Shown here: positions 26,119-35,958 of the stretch, in pieces
How the letters are laid out: each line of letters begins with the position of its first letter
How positions within the stretch are numbered: position 1 is the stretch's first letter
Origin: a virus
DNA: 64,000 nucleotides
IMG/VR virus record: IMGVR_UViG_3300030333_008459
Span: 1-64,000 of that record
Reading direction: 5' to 3' (one strand)
Made by a program: the position numbers and the translations under genes
The notes under the pieces: generated by a model
Database searches by the model: none
Told to the model about the DNA's origin: nothing
Seen by the model: only the letters and a program-made list of their open reading frames with translations

Positions 26119-27164
26119 TACGGATACATAACAGCAGAGGCATCTTTGTCAACCATCTTCTTCACAAGCTGGATAAAATTAGTTTTAGGATTCCAGCCAA
26201 GTTCTTCACGGGCTTTAGTAGAATCTCCGAGAAGTAAATTAACCTCTGCTGGTCTATAAAAATCTGAATTAATTTCAACAAAACAATCGCGACCATGCAT
26301 GTATCTTTCTTCAAGGCCGTCACCTTCCCATGTGCAAGCGTTTCTGTGAAAACCAACAAAATTAAAAGCTTCCTCTACAAACTCTCTGATGGTATGCGTT
26401 TCGCCAGATGATAAGACATAATCTTTAGGCTGTTCTCTTTCTTGGTTTAACATACGCCACACACCACTTACAAAATCTTCAGCATCACTCCAGTCTCTTT
26501 TTGTGTCTAAGTTACCTAATTGCATAGGTATTATCACCTTTCCTCTTTCGTATTCTGATAAAATCCTAGCTACGTTTTTAGTAATTTTACGAGTGACAAA
26601 CTCTTCTCCTCGACGCACACCTTCATGATTAAAAAGCCACCCTTGAACTGCGTAGAGTTTGTAAGAATCCCTGAACACTTTGACCAAGTGTCTAGCAGAG
26701 CATTTAGAAGCTCCATAAGGACTTCTGGGACGCAACGGATGACTCTCGTCCTGTGGAGTGGTAACCACATCTCCAAATTCCTCAGAGCTTCCTGCGTTGT
26801 AATAACGACAAGATGGTTGGTGTTTTCTAATTGCTTCTAACTGATGTAGCACAGCCATGCAATTCGTTTGCATGTGATTTACTGGCATCTCCCAACTATT
26901 TCCGACGAAAGAATTCGCAGCGAAGTTTATGAAATAATCTGGCTTATGTTTAGCTATAACCCCATCGGTGTTTTGAGCGTCAGTTACATCTAAATCAATA
27001 AGAAAAAAACGATCATTATTTTCTAGATGTTTAATATTTTTATGGTTCTTGACGCTTAGTCTTCTTACCCCTCCTATAACTGTGTGCCGAGTATGCTTAA
27101 GAAGATAGTCTGCCATGTGGCTACCATCTTGCCCTGTCACTCCTGTTATAATTATTTTTTTCAT
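26118..27164 (-). CDS. gmd: GDP-mannose 4,6-dehydratase
   Basis: ITGVTGQDGS, SSEEFG, PRSPYGASK, LFNHEG.RRG..FVTRKI, LGNLD.KRDW and RPAEV.LL.GD. Confidence 0.95.
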   Translation of the reverse strand: MKKIIITGVTGQDGSHMADYLLKHTRHTVIGGVRRLSVKNHKNIKHLENNDRFFLIDLDVTDAQNTDGVIAKHKPDYFINFAANSFVGNSWEMPVNHMQTNCMAVLHQLEAIRKHQPSCRYYNAGSSEEFGDVVTTPQDESHPLRPRSPYGASKCSARHLVKVFRDSYKLYAVQGWLFNHEGVRRGEEFVTRKITKNVARILSEYERGKVIIPMQLGNLDTKRDWSDAEDFVSGVWRMLNQEREQPKDYVLSSGETHTIREFVEEAFNFVGFHRNACTWEGDGLEERYMHGRDCFVEINSDFYRPAEVNLLLGDSTKAREELGWNPKTNFIQLVKKMVDKDASAVMYP

Positions 27165-27165
27165 T

Positions 27166-27525
27166 TTAGTCTCCTTTTTCTAATCTATAACTATCACTCT
27201 CAAAATGCTGGGTAGAAAACTCAAACAACTCCGTATCCTCCATCGCCTTAATTTGATGGCGAAGCAACACGGGGACATGAAAGCTGTCGCCTTTTGTTAA
27301 GAGAATTTCTTCAGCAGTTTCTATGTCATCACCCTCACTAAATTTTAAAACAATAGACCCAGATTGCACAAAAAAAACTTCGTCTTTAAGTTTGTGATAA
27401 TGCCAAGAAAATTTTTTATCTTTGACTAAATAAAGAAGCTTACCACAATACTCTGGCTTATTAACAATCCACTTTTCGAAACCCCAACCTTTGGGGACTA
27501 GTTTAATTTGAGAAGAAGTCTTCAT
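27166..27525 (-). CDS. Cupin-domain sugar isomerase-like protein
   Basis: VPKGWGFE.W...SWHYH..KDE.F...H cupin metal motif. Confidence 0.8.
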   Translation of the reverse strand: MKTSSQIKLVPKGWGFEKWIVNKPEYCGKLLYLVKDKKFSWHYHKLKDEVFFVQSGSIVLKFSEGDDIETAEEILLTKGDSFHVPVLLRHQIKAMEDTELFEFSTQHFESDSYRLEKGD

Positions 27526-27811
27526 CTTTAATTGCTTTGTCGTCTATGTATAAATCTCCCGCAGGTTTTCCCATGAAAAGTTCGTGATAATTAACCCCCC
27601 ATTCTTGGAGTTGTTTTTTTGTAAGGTCTTCAAACAATAAAGCGTTTTCATTATTCGATCTACCCATACCTCTAGCGGTTAAAAAATGTATAACGTTTCC
27701 TTCTTTATAAAGATTATTTACTTTTTTAATTCGATCCCAGAGAGGCTCAGAGTTTTCGTAGCCTTTATCACTATTGCAGATAGTGCCGTCTATGTCAAAC
27801 ACGTAAGTCAT
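27503..27811 (-). CDS. HAD-superfamily phosphatase (capsule-biosynthesis type)
   Basis: FDIDGT, TAR and GKP..DLYIDDKA. Confidence 0.85.
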   Translation of the reverse strand: MTYVFDIDGTICNSDKGYENSEPLWDRIKKVNNLYKEGNVIHFLTARGMGRSNNENALLFEDLTKKQLQEWGVNYHELFMGKPAGDLYIDDKAIKDEDFFSN

Positions 27812-28206
27812 AGTTTTCGAAGAAGGTTTGAGGTAGAAAAATCTCCGACCCTTTCGAAGAACAAAACATCTTCTGCAAACTCTGCACCTATTACTTCCTT
27901 AGTTTGCCAATCAGAGCCAACAACAAGATAATCTGGTCCGTAAGAGGCAATCATGTCTCTTAGTTCTGAGTCAGACCCAAAAGTTCTTATCTCATCAATG
28001 TATTTAATACATTTTAAAAAGAAATAACGATCCTCTAAGGTGTTGATGGGTCTAGTGGAGCCTTTGTTCTCTCTAATTCTTTGGTCGCTATCTATGCCTA
28101 CAATTAAGTGGTCTCCCTTGCTTTTAGCAAATTTAAAAAGCTCTAAATGACCTCTGTGAAGGACATCAAAAGTTCCGTTTACCCAGACTTTTTTAGTAGT
28201 TGGCAT
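27808..28206 (-). CDS. Sugar-phosphate nucleotidyltransferase (HldC/RfaE domain II-like)
   Basis: NGTFDVLHRGH, GIDSD, KG.TRPIN..EDR, VVGSDW and FSTS. Confidence 0.88.
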   Translation of the reverse strand: MPTTKKVWVNGTFDVLHRGHLELFKFAKSKGDHLIVGIDSDQRIRENKGSTRPINTLEDRYFFLKCIKYIDEIRTFGSDSELRDMIASYGPDYLVVGSDWQTKEVIGAEFAEDVLFFERVGDFSTSNLLRKL

Positions 28207-29119
28207 GACGAGGTTGATCAATAAGGCTATACATTTTGATCAATTGCTTGATGCCCATATCTAAATCGTATTTACATTTAAAACCCGTATCGTAAATTTT
28301 CTGGCTGCTTACAATGTAGTCTCTTTTATCTGGATCTTGAGTAAATTCAGCTTTAATTATTTCAATAGGTAGATGTTCGCCAATTTTTTCAGCGAGCTGA
28401 CGTTTATTCATATTTATTTCGTCATTGCCTATGTTGAAAGTTTCATTAGAACACTTTTCCCAATTGTCTAAAATGAAATTATATACCCTACAAATATCAA
28501 GAATGTGGATATAGTTTCTCATAAACTCGCACTCATATAAAACTAAAACCTTATCCTTAAGAGCTTTCAAAACAAAATTGTTAACCAAAAGATCCGTTCG
28601 GGGGCGCGTAGATGGGCCGAAGACTGTAGCCAATCTAAGAGTGCAGCAGCCTTCAGTATTTTGGTAGACTTTCTCAGCATCCACTTTAGTTACGCCATAA
28701 AGAGATAGCGGGTTAAGTGGGGACTCCTCGGTGCATACACCACTATCACTAGATCCATAGCCAGAATTAGTGCAGGGGTAGATAACTATCTGATCTCGGG
28801 ATTTGTTTTCAGCTATCCACTCATTAACCTGATAGTTAACTTTAACAGCTTCCGTAGGTTGGGCTTCACAAAGAGGGAATCCCACTAAACATGCAAGAGG
28901 AATAATCACATCACAACCATCCATTATTTTTTTTAAAGGGACTATACTTTTAACGTCTAAATTTTGGAATTCAAAATTTTCATGAAGAGTATACCTTAAG
29001 AGAGATGTTGGTTCATATTTTAAATTATCAACGACAACAACTTTATGGCCTCTCTCTAGCAGAAAACCAACAAGTTCGCTCCCTATGTATCCAGCGCCTC
29101 CTGTAACTAGTATTTTCAT
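28193..29119 (-). CDS. NAD-dependent nucleotide-sugar epimerase/dehydratase
   Basis: TGGAGYIG, YGVTK (YxxxK) and LRLATVFG. Confidence 0.9.
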   Translation of the reverse strand: MKILVTGGAGYIGSELVGFLLERGHKVVVVDNLKYEPTSLLRYTLHENFEFQNLDVKSIVPLKKIMDGCDVIIPLACLVGFPLCEAQPTEAVKVNYQVNEWIAENKSRDQIVIYPCTNSGYGSSDSGVCTEESPLNPLSLYGVTKVDAEKVYQNTEGCCTLRLATVFGPSTRPRTDLLVNNFVLKALKDKVLVLYECEFMRNYIHILDICRVYNFILDNWEKCSNETFNIGNDEINMNKRQLAEKIGEHLPIEIIKAEFTQDPDKRDYIVSSQKIYDTGFKCKYDLDMGIKQLIKMYSLIDQPRHANY

Positions 29120-29406
29120 CTTTTAACTCTACCTAAAATCCAATCCTTCAACATAATCCAGTCGCAAGCCTTAGCCCATAAAGGATTAGAAAAAGCAGCG
29201 GGTTTATTTTTCTCAAAAACAAAATGACCTGTCCATGCAAAGGGGTATACCACAAAAGGGGTCAAAAGTAACAAGAGCCAAAGTTGCCAATGCAAGACTA
29301 AAACTATAAACGAGATAGTGCATAGCTGGCCCAAAACATGCAATCTTCTGCACCATTTGTTTTGATGCTTAGATAAATAATATTGATAGTATTCTTTAAA
29401 ATTCAT
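29116..29406 (-). CDS. DUF962/Mpo1-like membrane protein
   Basis: YYLSKH...CRRLH..G...YPFAW.GHFVFEKNKPAAF..P motif; start at MNFKEYY. Confidence 0.85.
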   Translation of the reverse strand: MNFKEYYQYYLSKHQNKWCRRLHVLGQLCTISFIVLVLHWQLWLLLLLTPFVVYPFAWTGHFVFEKNKPAAFSNPLWAKACDWIMLKDWILGRVKR

Positions 29407-30142
29407 TAACAGTAGTAACTCCTTTCTTTTGCACAACTATAGTAGCGCATTCGTTGGCGTAGTCAATTGCTTTTTCTATGTTTTTGGTGTTAATAAAATT
29501 AACACATAAAGCAGCCAAAAAAGTGTCTCCTGCTCCACAGGGGTCTTTTATTTCAACTTTTTCGACGGGAAAATGCTTATCTCCTAGTTTGCAACCTTTC
29601 CCCGACAAGGTTTGTATTACTTTATCGTAAGTCCAAGAATTTTGTTTTATATAGTTAAGAGAGTTCTCGTATTCTTCTTGGTTTATCTTTATAAAAGAAG
29701 ATTCTTTACAAAAATCTCCTAAAGGTTTTTTAGTGTCAATAAAAACATTGTGATGATTTTTACAAATAAACTCAATATCCTCATCTAAAAGGAAACCTTT
29801 ATTGTAGTCGGAAATTATTACCAAATTATGTTTTTTTAGAAGATCTGCTTTTAGACCAGATATTCTTTGGACTCTTTCCTCTCCTGAGTCCACCCTCATA
29901 AACATATGATTTGTTTTTTTATCTATGTATCGAGTTTTTTCGATTATGGCTGTATTAGTTTTAAGAGTAGCCCTTTCCCCGAGAGACACAACGTTTTGGT
30001 AAACGTTACCAGCCATCCCTAAATTTTGTTTTTCGTGAGAAGGTATAAAAGATGGGACGGGAAAATCTGGGCAAAGGCGCTCACAGGAACCATAAATATA
30101 GATATCCTTGCAGCTATCACCTATAACTAAAATTTCAGCCAT
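29396..30142 (-). CDS. PfkB-family sugar kinase (HldA/RfaE domain I-like heptose-7-phosphate kinase)
   Basis: VIGD...G...RL.PD.PVP, GMAGNV, ISDYNKG and DPCGAGDTF. Confidence 0.88.
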   Translation of the reverse strand: MAEILVIGDSCKDIYIYGSCERLCPDFPVPSFIPSHEKQNLGMAGNVYQNVVSLGERATLKTNTAIIEKTRYIDKKTNHMFMRVDSGEERVQRISGLKADLLKKHNLVIISDYNKGFLLDEDIEFICKNHHNVFIDTKKPLGDFCKESSFIKINQEEYENSLNYIKQNSWTYDKVIQTLSGKGCKLGDKHFPVEKVEIKDPCGAGDTFLAALCVNFINTKNIEKAIDYANECATIVVQKKGVTTVNEF

Positions 30143-30551
30143 CCCAACTTATTTCCCAATCTTCGAATTCAGCAGCTAAACAGTCTATTTTGTAATCTTT
30201 TCGGCCATTACAAAGATTTTGTATTTTATTTTTAGATGTGTTTCTAATCCCGTTTAAGCCGTGAGTCAACTCTAAACTATTTCCTTCTTTTATTCCCTTG
30301 CGATAATTTGATTCATTGTGCCAAATGTGAAGATTCATTTGGGATAAAACAATTATAGCTCTAATAGTGTTAGCGTCTAAATATATTTCCCCTTCTTCTA
30401 AAATTGCATCAATATCATGCAATATTTCTTGTATTTCTGTGGCATATTCTTTTTTATGCTCACTAATAAAAACTTCTTTCAGTTGAACTATAGACAGCCT
30501 ATCTACCAGCTCAGATAAAGTGGGTAAATACTTTCTTTCTTTTTTTTCCAT
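30135..30551 (-). CDS. Hypothetical helical protein (DUF4254/DUF6165-like)
   Basis: SELVDRLSI..LK...N..IWH.E...R...N..R...K..I pattern, often found in glycan clusters. Confidence 0.55.
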   Translation of the reverse strand: MEKKERKYLPTLSELVDRLSIVQLKEVFISEHKKEYATEIQEILHDIDAILEEGEIYLDANTIRAIIVLSQMNLHIWHNESNYRKGIKEGNSLELTHGLNGIRNTSKNKIQNLCNGRKDYKIDCLAAEFEDWEISWDG

Positions 30552-30552
30552 T

Positions 30553-31443
30553 TTAAAGATGTAGGCTTTTATACCAGTTAATAGTTTTCTCTAAACCCTT
30601 TTTAAGAGGTCGTAGTAGGTTTAAGTCGGAAGTCTTGTTAATATCCAAAAGTTTAGACTTTACCCCTACATATTTACTTAGATCGTGCTCTATAAGGTTA
30701 TGATCATAGTTGTATAGCTCACAAACATATTTAGCAAAATCATTTATAGAGTGATCTTCCCCAGCACCCAAATTAAATATTTCGTTGTTCTGTCCAAGTA
30801 GATTAATCATTGTCTGACAAGCATCCTCTACATATATCAGCTCTCTCCTAGCTGTGCCATCACCCCATATGACAAATTTTTTATCATCGTATTTGGCTTT
30901 GTGGCAGTTTTTTATAAAATCGAAAATAAAATGATTGTCATTTTCTTCAAAATTAGGGCCATATAAAGTAGAGGGAACAAAATAAAGCCATTTCAAGCCA
31001 TATTGTTCTGCGTAAGATTTTAAACCCACCAATAGCATTCTTTTAGTCATCGCGTAGGTATATAAACCCTCATCAGGTTGGCCCTTTAAATAATTATCTT
31101 CTGTGAGCGGAAGTTCGGGGGAGTAAGAACAGCTAGTCCCCATTGCTATCATCTTTGCTTGTCTCTGATGGTCGTTCCAATATTTTAAAATATTAGAATT
31201 TATTCTTTGATTAATTTCAAATTGCTCACCCTTATGGTGCAAACAATAATCTCCCGCTTTTGTGTGCGCGGCTAAATGAAAAATATAATCAAATTTTATA
31301 GAATTATAAATGTGCAGGTTCTTATCGCACATTAAATTGCCAACCTGAGTATTGGAAAAATGAAGCTCCCACCCTTTTGCTTCTAAGATTTCCACTAAAT
31401 GGCGACCCAAAAAACCACTACATCCTGTAACTAGAATTTTCAT
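30553..31443 (-). CDS. fcl: GDP-L-fucose synthase-like epimerase/reductase
   Basis: TGCSGFLG, GTSCSY, YAMTKR, P.TLYGP, HFI and WGDGTARRELIYVED. Confidence 0.75.
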   Translation of the reverse strand: MKILVTGCSGFLGRHLVEILEAKGWELHFSNTQVGNLMCDKNLHIYNSIKFDYIFHLAAHTKAGDYCLHHKGEQFEINQRINSNILKYWNDHQRQAKMIAMGTSCSYSPELPLTEDNYLKGQPDEGLYTYAMTKRMLLVGLKSYAEQYGLKWLYFVPSTLYGPNFEENDNHFIFDFIKNCHKAKYDDKKFVIWGDGTARRELIYVEDACQTMINLLGQNNEIFNLGAGEDHSINDFAKYVCELYNYDHNLIEHDLSKYVGVKSKLLDINKTSDLNLLRPLKKGLEKTINWYKSLHL

Positions 31444-32273
31444 TAGTTTCTACCCATGAAATACCTTCTCACAAAGGTATAGCTTTTGTCTTCTTTAATG
31501 GCTCTCCAAATAGATAGCCATATTTCTGCATTAACACGGGCCATATCGCTATCAGCTGTAAACTCTAGGCCATATTTTTTCTTTCGAAGCCATATATCAG
31601 CACCTTCAGTGACGCTTCCTTCGAAACCTCTGATGCCGCAAGCGTGATGATAAACTATATCGCCATAAATGCCGAAACAAACTCTATGAGCGTCAAACTC
31701 GTTTGTTCTGTTAAGCTCTTTAAGTGTTAAGTTAGCGGCGTTTATTCTGTCCAACATTCCTCTTTGCGGATTTTGATAAGGATGGTGAGAAAGGTGGGGA
31801 TGTGAGTGTATTGTCCAAGCTAGATTGTTTAGTTGCCATGTTTTTTTTGTGGTGGCGAAAAAACATAAATGAGGGATTTCATGATAATCATGACTATGAT
31901 GGTAATTTTCTCTCATTACTACCGCTGTTATATCGTGTGTAGCTAAGTTTTCTTTTACAGCATTTTGCCAATTTTTGTCGCATGGAAATGCATCACAGTC
32001 TAAAAATACAATTATGTCATCATCTGTTAATTGAGAGCTGATGGTTTCGACAGCTTTATTTACTTGGTCGTAATGTTCTCCATCTATGGCACGGTAAAAT
32101 CTATAATTAGGATAATATTTATCTAAATTAGAAATATCCTCGTCTGACTTATTTAAATTCTTATCTAAAAAACAATGAACGGTATAAGCTCTAGCGTCTG
32201 TGTATTTTTGAAGGTGCTGCGCCTGAACTTCAAGCCAGTCATCTCTTCCAAATATATTTGTTATTATGTGCAT
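31443..32273 (-). CDS. Putative GT-A glycosyltransferase
   Basis: IVFLDCDAFP DxD motif; glycan-cluster context. Confidence 0.55.
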   Translation of the reverse strand: MHIITNIFGRDDWLEVQAQHLQKYTDARAYTVHCFLDKNLNKSDEDISNLDKYYPNYRFYRAIDGEHYDQVNKAVETISSQLTDDDIIVFLDCDAFPCDKNWQNAVKENLATHDITAVVMRENYHHSHDYHEIPHLCFFATTKKTWQLNNLAWTIHSHPHLSHHPYQNPQRGMLDRINAANLTLKELNRTNEFDAHRVCFGIYGDIVYHHACGIRGFEGSVTEGADIWLRKKKYGLEFTADSDMARVNAEIWLSIWRAIKEDKSYTFVRRYFMGRN

Positions 32274-32279
32274 ATATTT

Positions 32280-33026
32280 TTATCCTATCCACTCTACATC
32301 AGAGCTTTTTAATAAATCATTAGATGTCCATCCATTTTTTAGGGAAATTAGAGGGTTGTTTGTTTCTTTGCAAAATGTCATAAAAAACCCAAAAAGAGAA
32401 GAAAAGTATTTATAGCTAAGGCTTACGTCTTTATAGCCTTTTAGCTCTAAATATCTAAGAACAAGTTTAAATTCAGCAGGAATATAAATTGGAGTATCTT
32501 CGTAAGGTAATGACCAAAAATTTATCATTTCATCTATTGGCCCCAAGTTGGCGAAGTCGGCAATGTAATTGTAGTCGTTTACATCCTCGACTAAAGCAGA
32601 ATACCTTTCTTGTATCCAAGGTATTAATCCTCCATAATGTTGGGTAATTGGTATGCATTTATCTGTATGCTTACAATAAGCCATTTGATGAATGCGGTCA
32701 TCAAATTTATATGTGTCTATAAATTCTTTTGGATCTGTAAAAATTAAATCTGATCTTATTTTGATAACGTGGGTTGCCCCTAAAGCCTTAGCTAAATGCA
32801 GCCCACTAACTGTAGAATTTATCTGTAAATTAACATTTCCATAACCAGCATATGCAGGAGCAGGAGACTTAGCGAGCGTAACATTAGAATTATTTATATC
32901 TTTAAGGTCATTAATGGAAGCGCTAGCTTCGGTTGACCATATAACATTTTCTACATCGCGGACATTATCTAAAACTTCCCGACAATATTTAGTGTGACCC
33001 TGTATTAATAAATATATTTTTTTCAT
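32280..33026 (-). CDS. WavE-like LPS biosynthesis protein (putative)
   Basis: LLIQG, IWST, NVNLQINST..GL and IKIRSD motifs resemble the WavE family. Confidence 0.55.
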   Translation of the reverse strand: MKKIYLLIQGHTKYCREVLDNVRDVENVIWSTEASASINDLKDINNSNVTLAKSPAPAYAGYGNVNLQINSTVSGLHLAKALGATHVIKIRSDLIFTDPKEFIDTYKFDDRIHQMAYCKHTDKCIPITQHYGGLIPWIQERYSALVEDVNDYNYIADFANLGPIDEMINFWSLPYEDTPIYIPAEFKLVLRYLELKGYKDVSLSYKYFSSLFGFFMTFCKETNNPLISLKNGWTSNDLLKSSDVEWIG

Positions 33027-33036
33027 TATGACAGCG

Positions 33037-34242
33037 TTATACTATTCTAATCTCAGGAAACGGGACAATAAATTTGACCCCAGTTTCAAGTAAGTCTTTG
33101 TTCTTTTTAAATACCTCCCCTGCAAAGTTGTGAGCTAATAATAAATAATAATCAGGTGTATCTTCAAGAGACTCTCTCGTTATGGGAATATGACTTTGAG
33201 GCAAATATAGTCCGACTTTCAAATCGTTAACTTCAACACATTTATCTATTAAGGTATTATCAATATCAAAGTAATTCAACAATGTATTACCCTTGGCAGG
33301 AGCACCATATGCGTAAATTTTAGCATTAGGATTTTCAGATTTTATCTTTATCAGTAAATCCTTTAATTCATTTTTTTTAGATTTTATTTTCTCAGCAAAA
33401 TTAAGGAAAGCTTCTCTGTTATACTTTTTGTCTTTTTGTAACCAGCCTTTACAGCGGGTGGTCTCTTCAAAAACTGGAGTCTTGGAAATCTTAGCGATGA
33501 TACTACCGCTGTGGATGTCGCTGTAATAGGCATCAAAAAGACTAAACCCATAAGGTTCTAGCAGATTTTTCAAGCTCTGAAGGGTATAAAAGCAAAGATG
33601 CTCATGATAAATTCCATCAAAATTTAACTTTTCCACCATAGTCCCAGCATACATAAATTGCACTACGAAAACACCATCATCTGACAAGGCTTTTTTGATT
33701 CCCCTTATGACGCTATGAAGCTGTTCTAAATGAAAAAAGACACCAGAAGCGTTGATTAGTTTTACTTTGTTTTCTAGATTATGGTTATCAATCAAATCCT
33801 CATTAAAGAAATCATTGATTGTGGGAACTCCTGACTTGATAGCTAACTCGGATATATTGTCAGCCGATTCCACGTTTAGAACGTTTTTTAAACCAGCTTT
33901 TTTATATTGCAATAATTGAGTCCCATCATTGCCTCCGATGTCGAGAATTAAATCATCGGACTTAAGGTCGAATTGTGTTTTGTTTTCTAAGGCTAGTTCA
34001 TAAAAGTGTTTAGAAAGAGAAGAGGTCGTAGAAGAAACGTAAGTGTGATTTTTGAACATTACTTCTTTCGGGACCGTGTAGTTTAATTGTAGAAGCTCAC
34101 AGTCATCGCACTGAACTAGGTGAAGAGGATATTTCTCTTCTTTCCCCAAGCGTTCTTTAGTTAAGAAATCATTGCACCAAGGATGATCTCCTAAATTTAA
34201 AATACTGGTAAGATTGGTGCTATTGCAAGATCTACAGTTCAT
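33037..34242 (-). CDS. NDP-sugar C-methyltransferase (class I SAM, N-terminal Zn-binding domain)
   Basis: CRSC...C.DC.LLQL, LDIGGNDG, IYHEH, HSGS, YGAPAKGNTLL and LLLAHNF. Confidence 0.9.
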   Translation of the reverse strand: MNCRSCNSTNLTSILNLGDHPWCNDFLTKERLGKEEKYPLHLVQCDDCELLQLNYTVPKEVMFKNHTYVSSTTSSLSKHFYELALENKTQFDLKSDDLILDIGGNDGTQLLQYKKAGLKNVLNVESADNISELAIKSGVPTINDFFNEDLIDNHNLENKVKLINASGVFFHLEQLHSVIRGIKKALSDDGVFVVQFMYAGTMVEKLNFDGIYHEHLCFYTLQSLKNLLEPYGFSLFDAYYSDIHSGSIIAKISKTPVFEETTRCKGWLQKDKKYNREAFLNFAEKIKSKKNELKDLLIKIKSENPNAKIYAYGAPAKGNTLLNYFDIDNTLIDKCVEVNDLKVGLYLPQSHIPITRESLEDTPDYYLLLAHNFAGEVFKKNKDLLETGVKFIVPFPEIRIV

Positions 34243-35173
34243 TTTTCTCTATATACTTAATTAAACGATCACAAGTGTAATTTTCAACAGAATGATCAAA
34301 AGAGTCCTCCATCATATCCTTGTAATTGCTCCAATTGGATAGAATCTCGGTTATTTTTAATCTAAGATCATCTTCGTTGTCAAAATAAATAAAATGTTTA
34401 TCAGGATTATACCACTGTTCAACAACATTCCAATGGTCTCGTTCGACTAAATTTACTGTTTTAGCCAAAGAAGCCTCTATAAAGCGAGATTTTAATTGAG
34501 GCAGTATGCCCTCAGAATCCACATGAGAGAACGCGATATTTTGACTCCAAGAAGGCTGGCTTTTTATGTAATGCAAATCTACTTCGTTTCGGATAGGAAA
34601 ATTATTATAGCATACTGATATTTTACATTCAGATATTTTTTGCATTTTCTCCTGATGTGTTAAATTTAAATCAGTAGCGTGGGGAATACAGGCTTGAGTC
34701 AAAGGATTGATGCCATGAGTCATGGTCATGTAGCGATAATTAAAGTTGCTTAATAAATTCAACATTCCTAGATACTTGCGCCCATGAATGCCACCGTGGT
34801 AACAAACGTCATATTTTTTTTCAGTATGTTCTGGAATATATCTTGAGTGAAACGGATACCAAACTTTTTGATACTTGTCGGTATTTTTAATTTTGTTAAG
34901 CCATTCTGCCGTAAAAGGACAAATAGAATAAATTGAATCAAACCTGTCTTCACAGTTTATATCGTAAGGGCCGCAAAACTCCGTAGGAGGGACCACGTTC
35001 AGATATATGTTCTTTGAGTGTTTAGATAGTAAATCGGAATGAGCTTGGTTGCAAATAAATGTATAACCATAATAAAGAGCGGTTGATATATCCTCTGATT
35101 GAAAATCTTCTAGGTCAAAGTAGTTAGTGTTTGTCCCTTTTATTTCGACAGAAAGATCTTTATATATTTTCAT
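34232..35173 (-). CDS. Putative GT-B glycosyltransferase (CgeB/Glyco_trans_1_2-like)
   Basis: KKYDVCY.G, KISVC.N, KSRFIEA and P..HFIYF motifs. Confidence 0.6.
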   Translation of the reverse strand: MKIYKDLSVEIKGTNTNYFDLEDFQSEDISTALYYGYTFICNQAHSDLLSKHSKNIYLNVVPPTEFCGPYDINCEDRFDSIYSICPFTAEWLNKIKNTDKYQKVWYPFHSRYIPEHTEKKYDVCYHGGIHGRKYLGMLNLLSNFNYRYMTMTHGINPLTQACIPHATDLNLTHQEKMQKISECKISVCYNNFPIRNEVDLHYIKSQPSWSQNIAFSHVDSEGILPQLKSRFIEASLAKTVNLVERDHWNVVEQWYNPDKHFIYFDNEDDLRLKITEILSNWSNYKDMMEDSFDHSVENYTCDRLIKYIEKNEL

Positions 35174-35958
35174 TAAAAAATCCCCCTTTCACAAGGGTTT
35201 ATTTTATACTTTAAAATAAGAGGAAACAACTCTTTATAATATTCTTTCAGGTTCCACTTACCTTTAACAACAGCTGAAGCGGTATAAGGAAATACATGAG
35301 AATCGTAATGACAATCCCCGCGTAAAGGCTCTTTGTTATAAGCAACCACGCCCTGTAAATTTAAATTTTTGCAGACTTCATTTGCTTCTACCTCAAAATG
35401 ACCGCCTAAAACTCCTTTTTGTCCGATATGAAGATTTGGCCCCAATTCGTGGATTTTTTCAAGAGTCTTTTTTCTCCATATCCCTGCTGTTTGGCTATAA
35501 AAAAACGGTTGATCATGAGACAAATAAAAAAGGTCGTTAGAAAGTTTTTTAGGAGTAATGTTTGGCCCCCTAGTAAACCTTATAAAAGAAAGATCTTGAT
35601 TCTCCTCCAATATTTTTAAATAGTTAGAAATTTTTGACAAATTAACTGCGTCATACAAAATATAATCTTCATTTAAATAAAGAATAAAATCTTCTTTTAC
35701 TTCTTTAAGAGACTCTAAATACTGCACTCTAAAACAGTCGTCCTTATTGTATAAAACTGCTTTATACCTTGTGGAAAGCCCAAGTGAATTATCAGTAAAA
35801 ACATAACTTGTTCCAATGAACCCTTGTTCCATGCTTGGTTCTAAAAAGTGTTTTTCAAGTTGACCAAAAAAGATTGGCCACAGATCAGAACTTGAAGAGT
35901 GGGTGTTTATAACAACAGATAGAGATGAAAACATTTTATTGGTTTTTGAATATTTCAA
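35173..35958 (-). CDS. Putative GT-A glycosyltransferase
   Basis: FILYLNEDY, Q..IWRK..L and AVVKGKW; glycan-cluster context. Confidence 0.55.
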   Translation of the reverse strand: MKYSKTNKMFSSLSVVINTHSSSSDLWPIFFGQLEKHFLEPSMEQGFIGTSYVFTDNSLGLSTRYKAVLYNKDDCFRVQYLESLKEVKEDFILYLNEDYILYDAVNLSKISNYLKILEENQDLSFIRFTRGPNITPKKLSNDLFYLSHDQPFFYSQTAGIWRKKTLEKIHELGPNLHIGQKGVLGGHFEVEANEVCKNLNLQGVVAYNKEPLRGDCHYDSHVFPYTASAVVKGKWNLKEYYKELFPLILKYKINPCERGIF

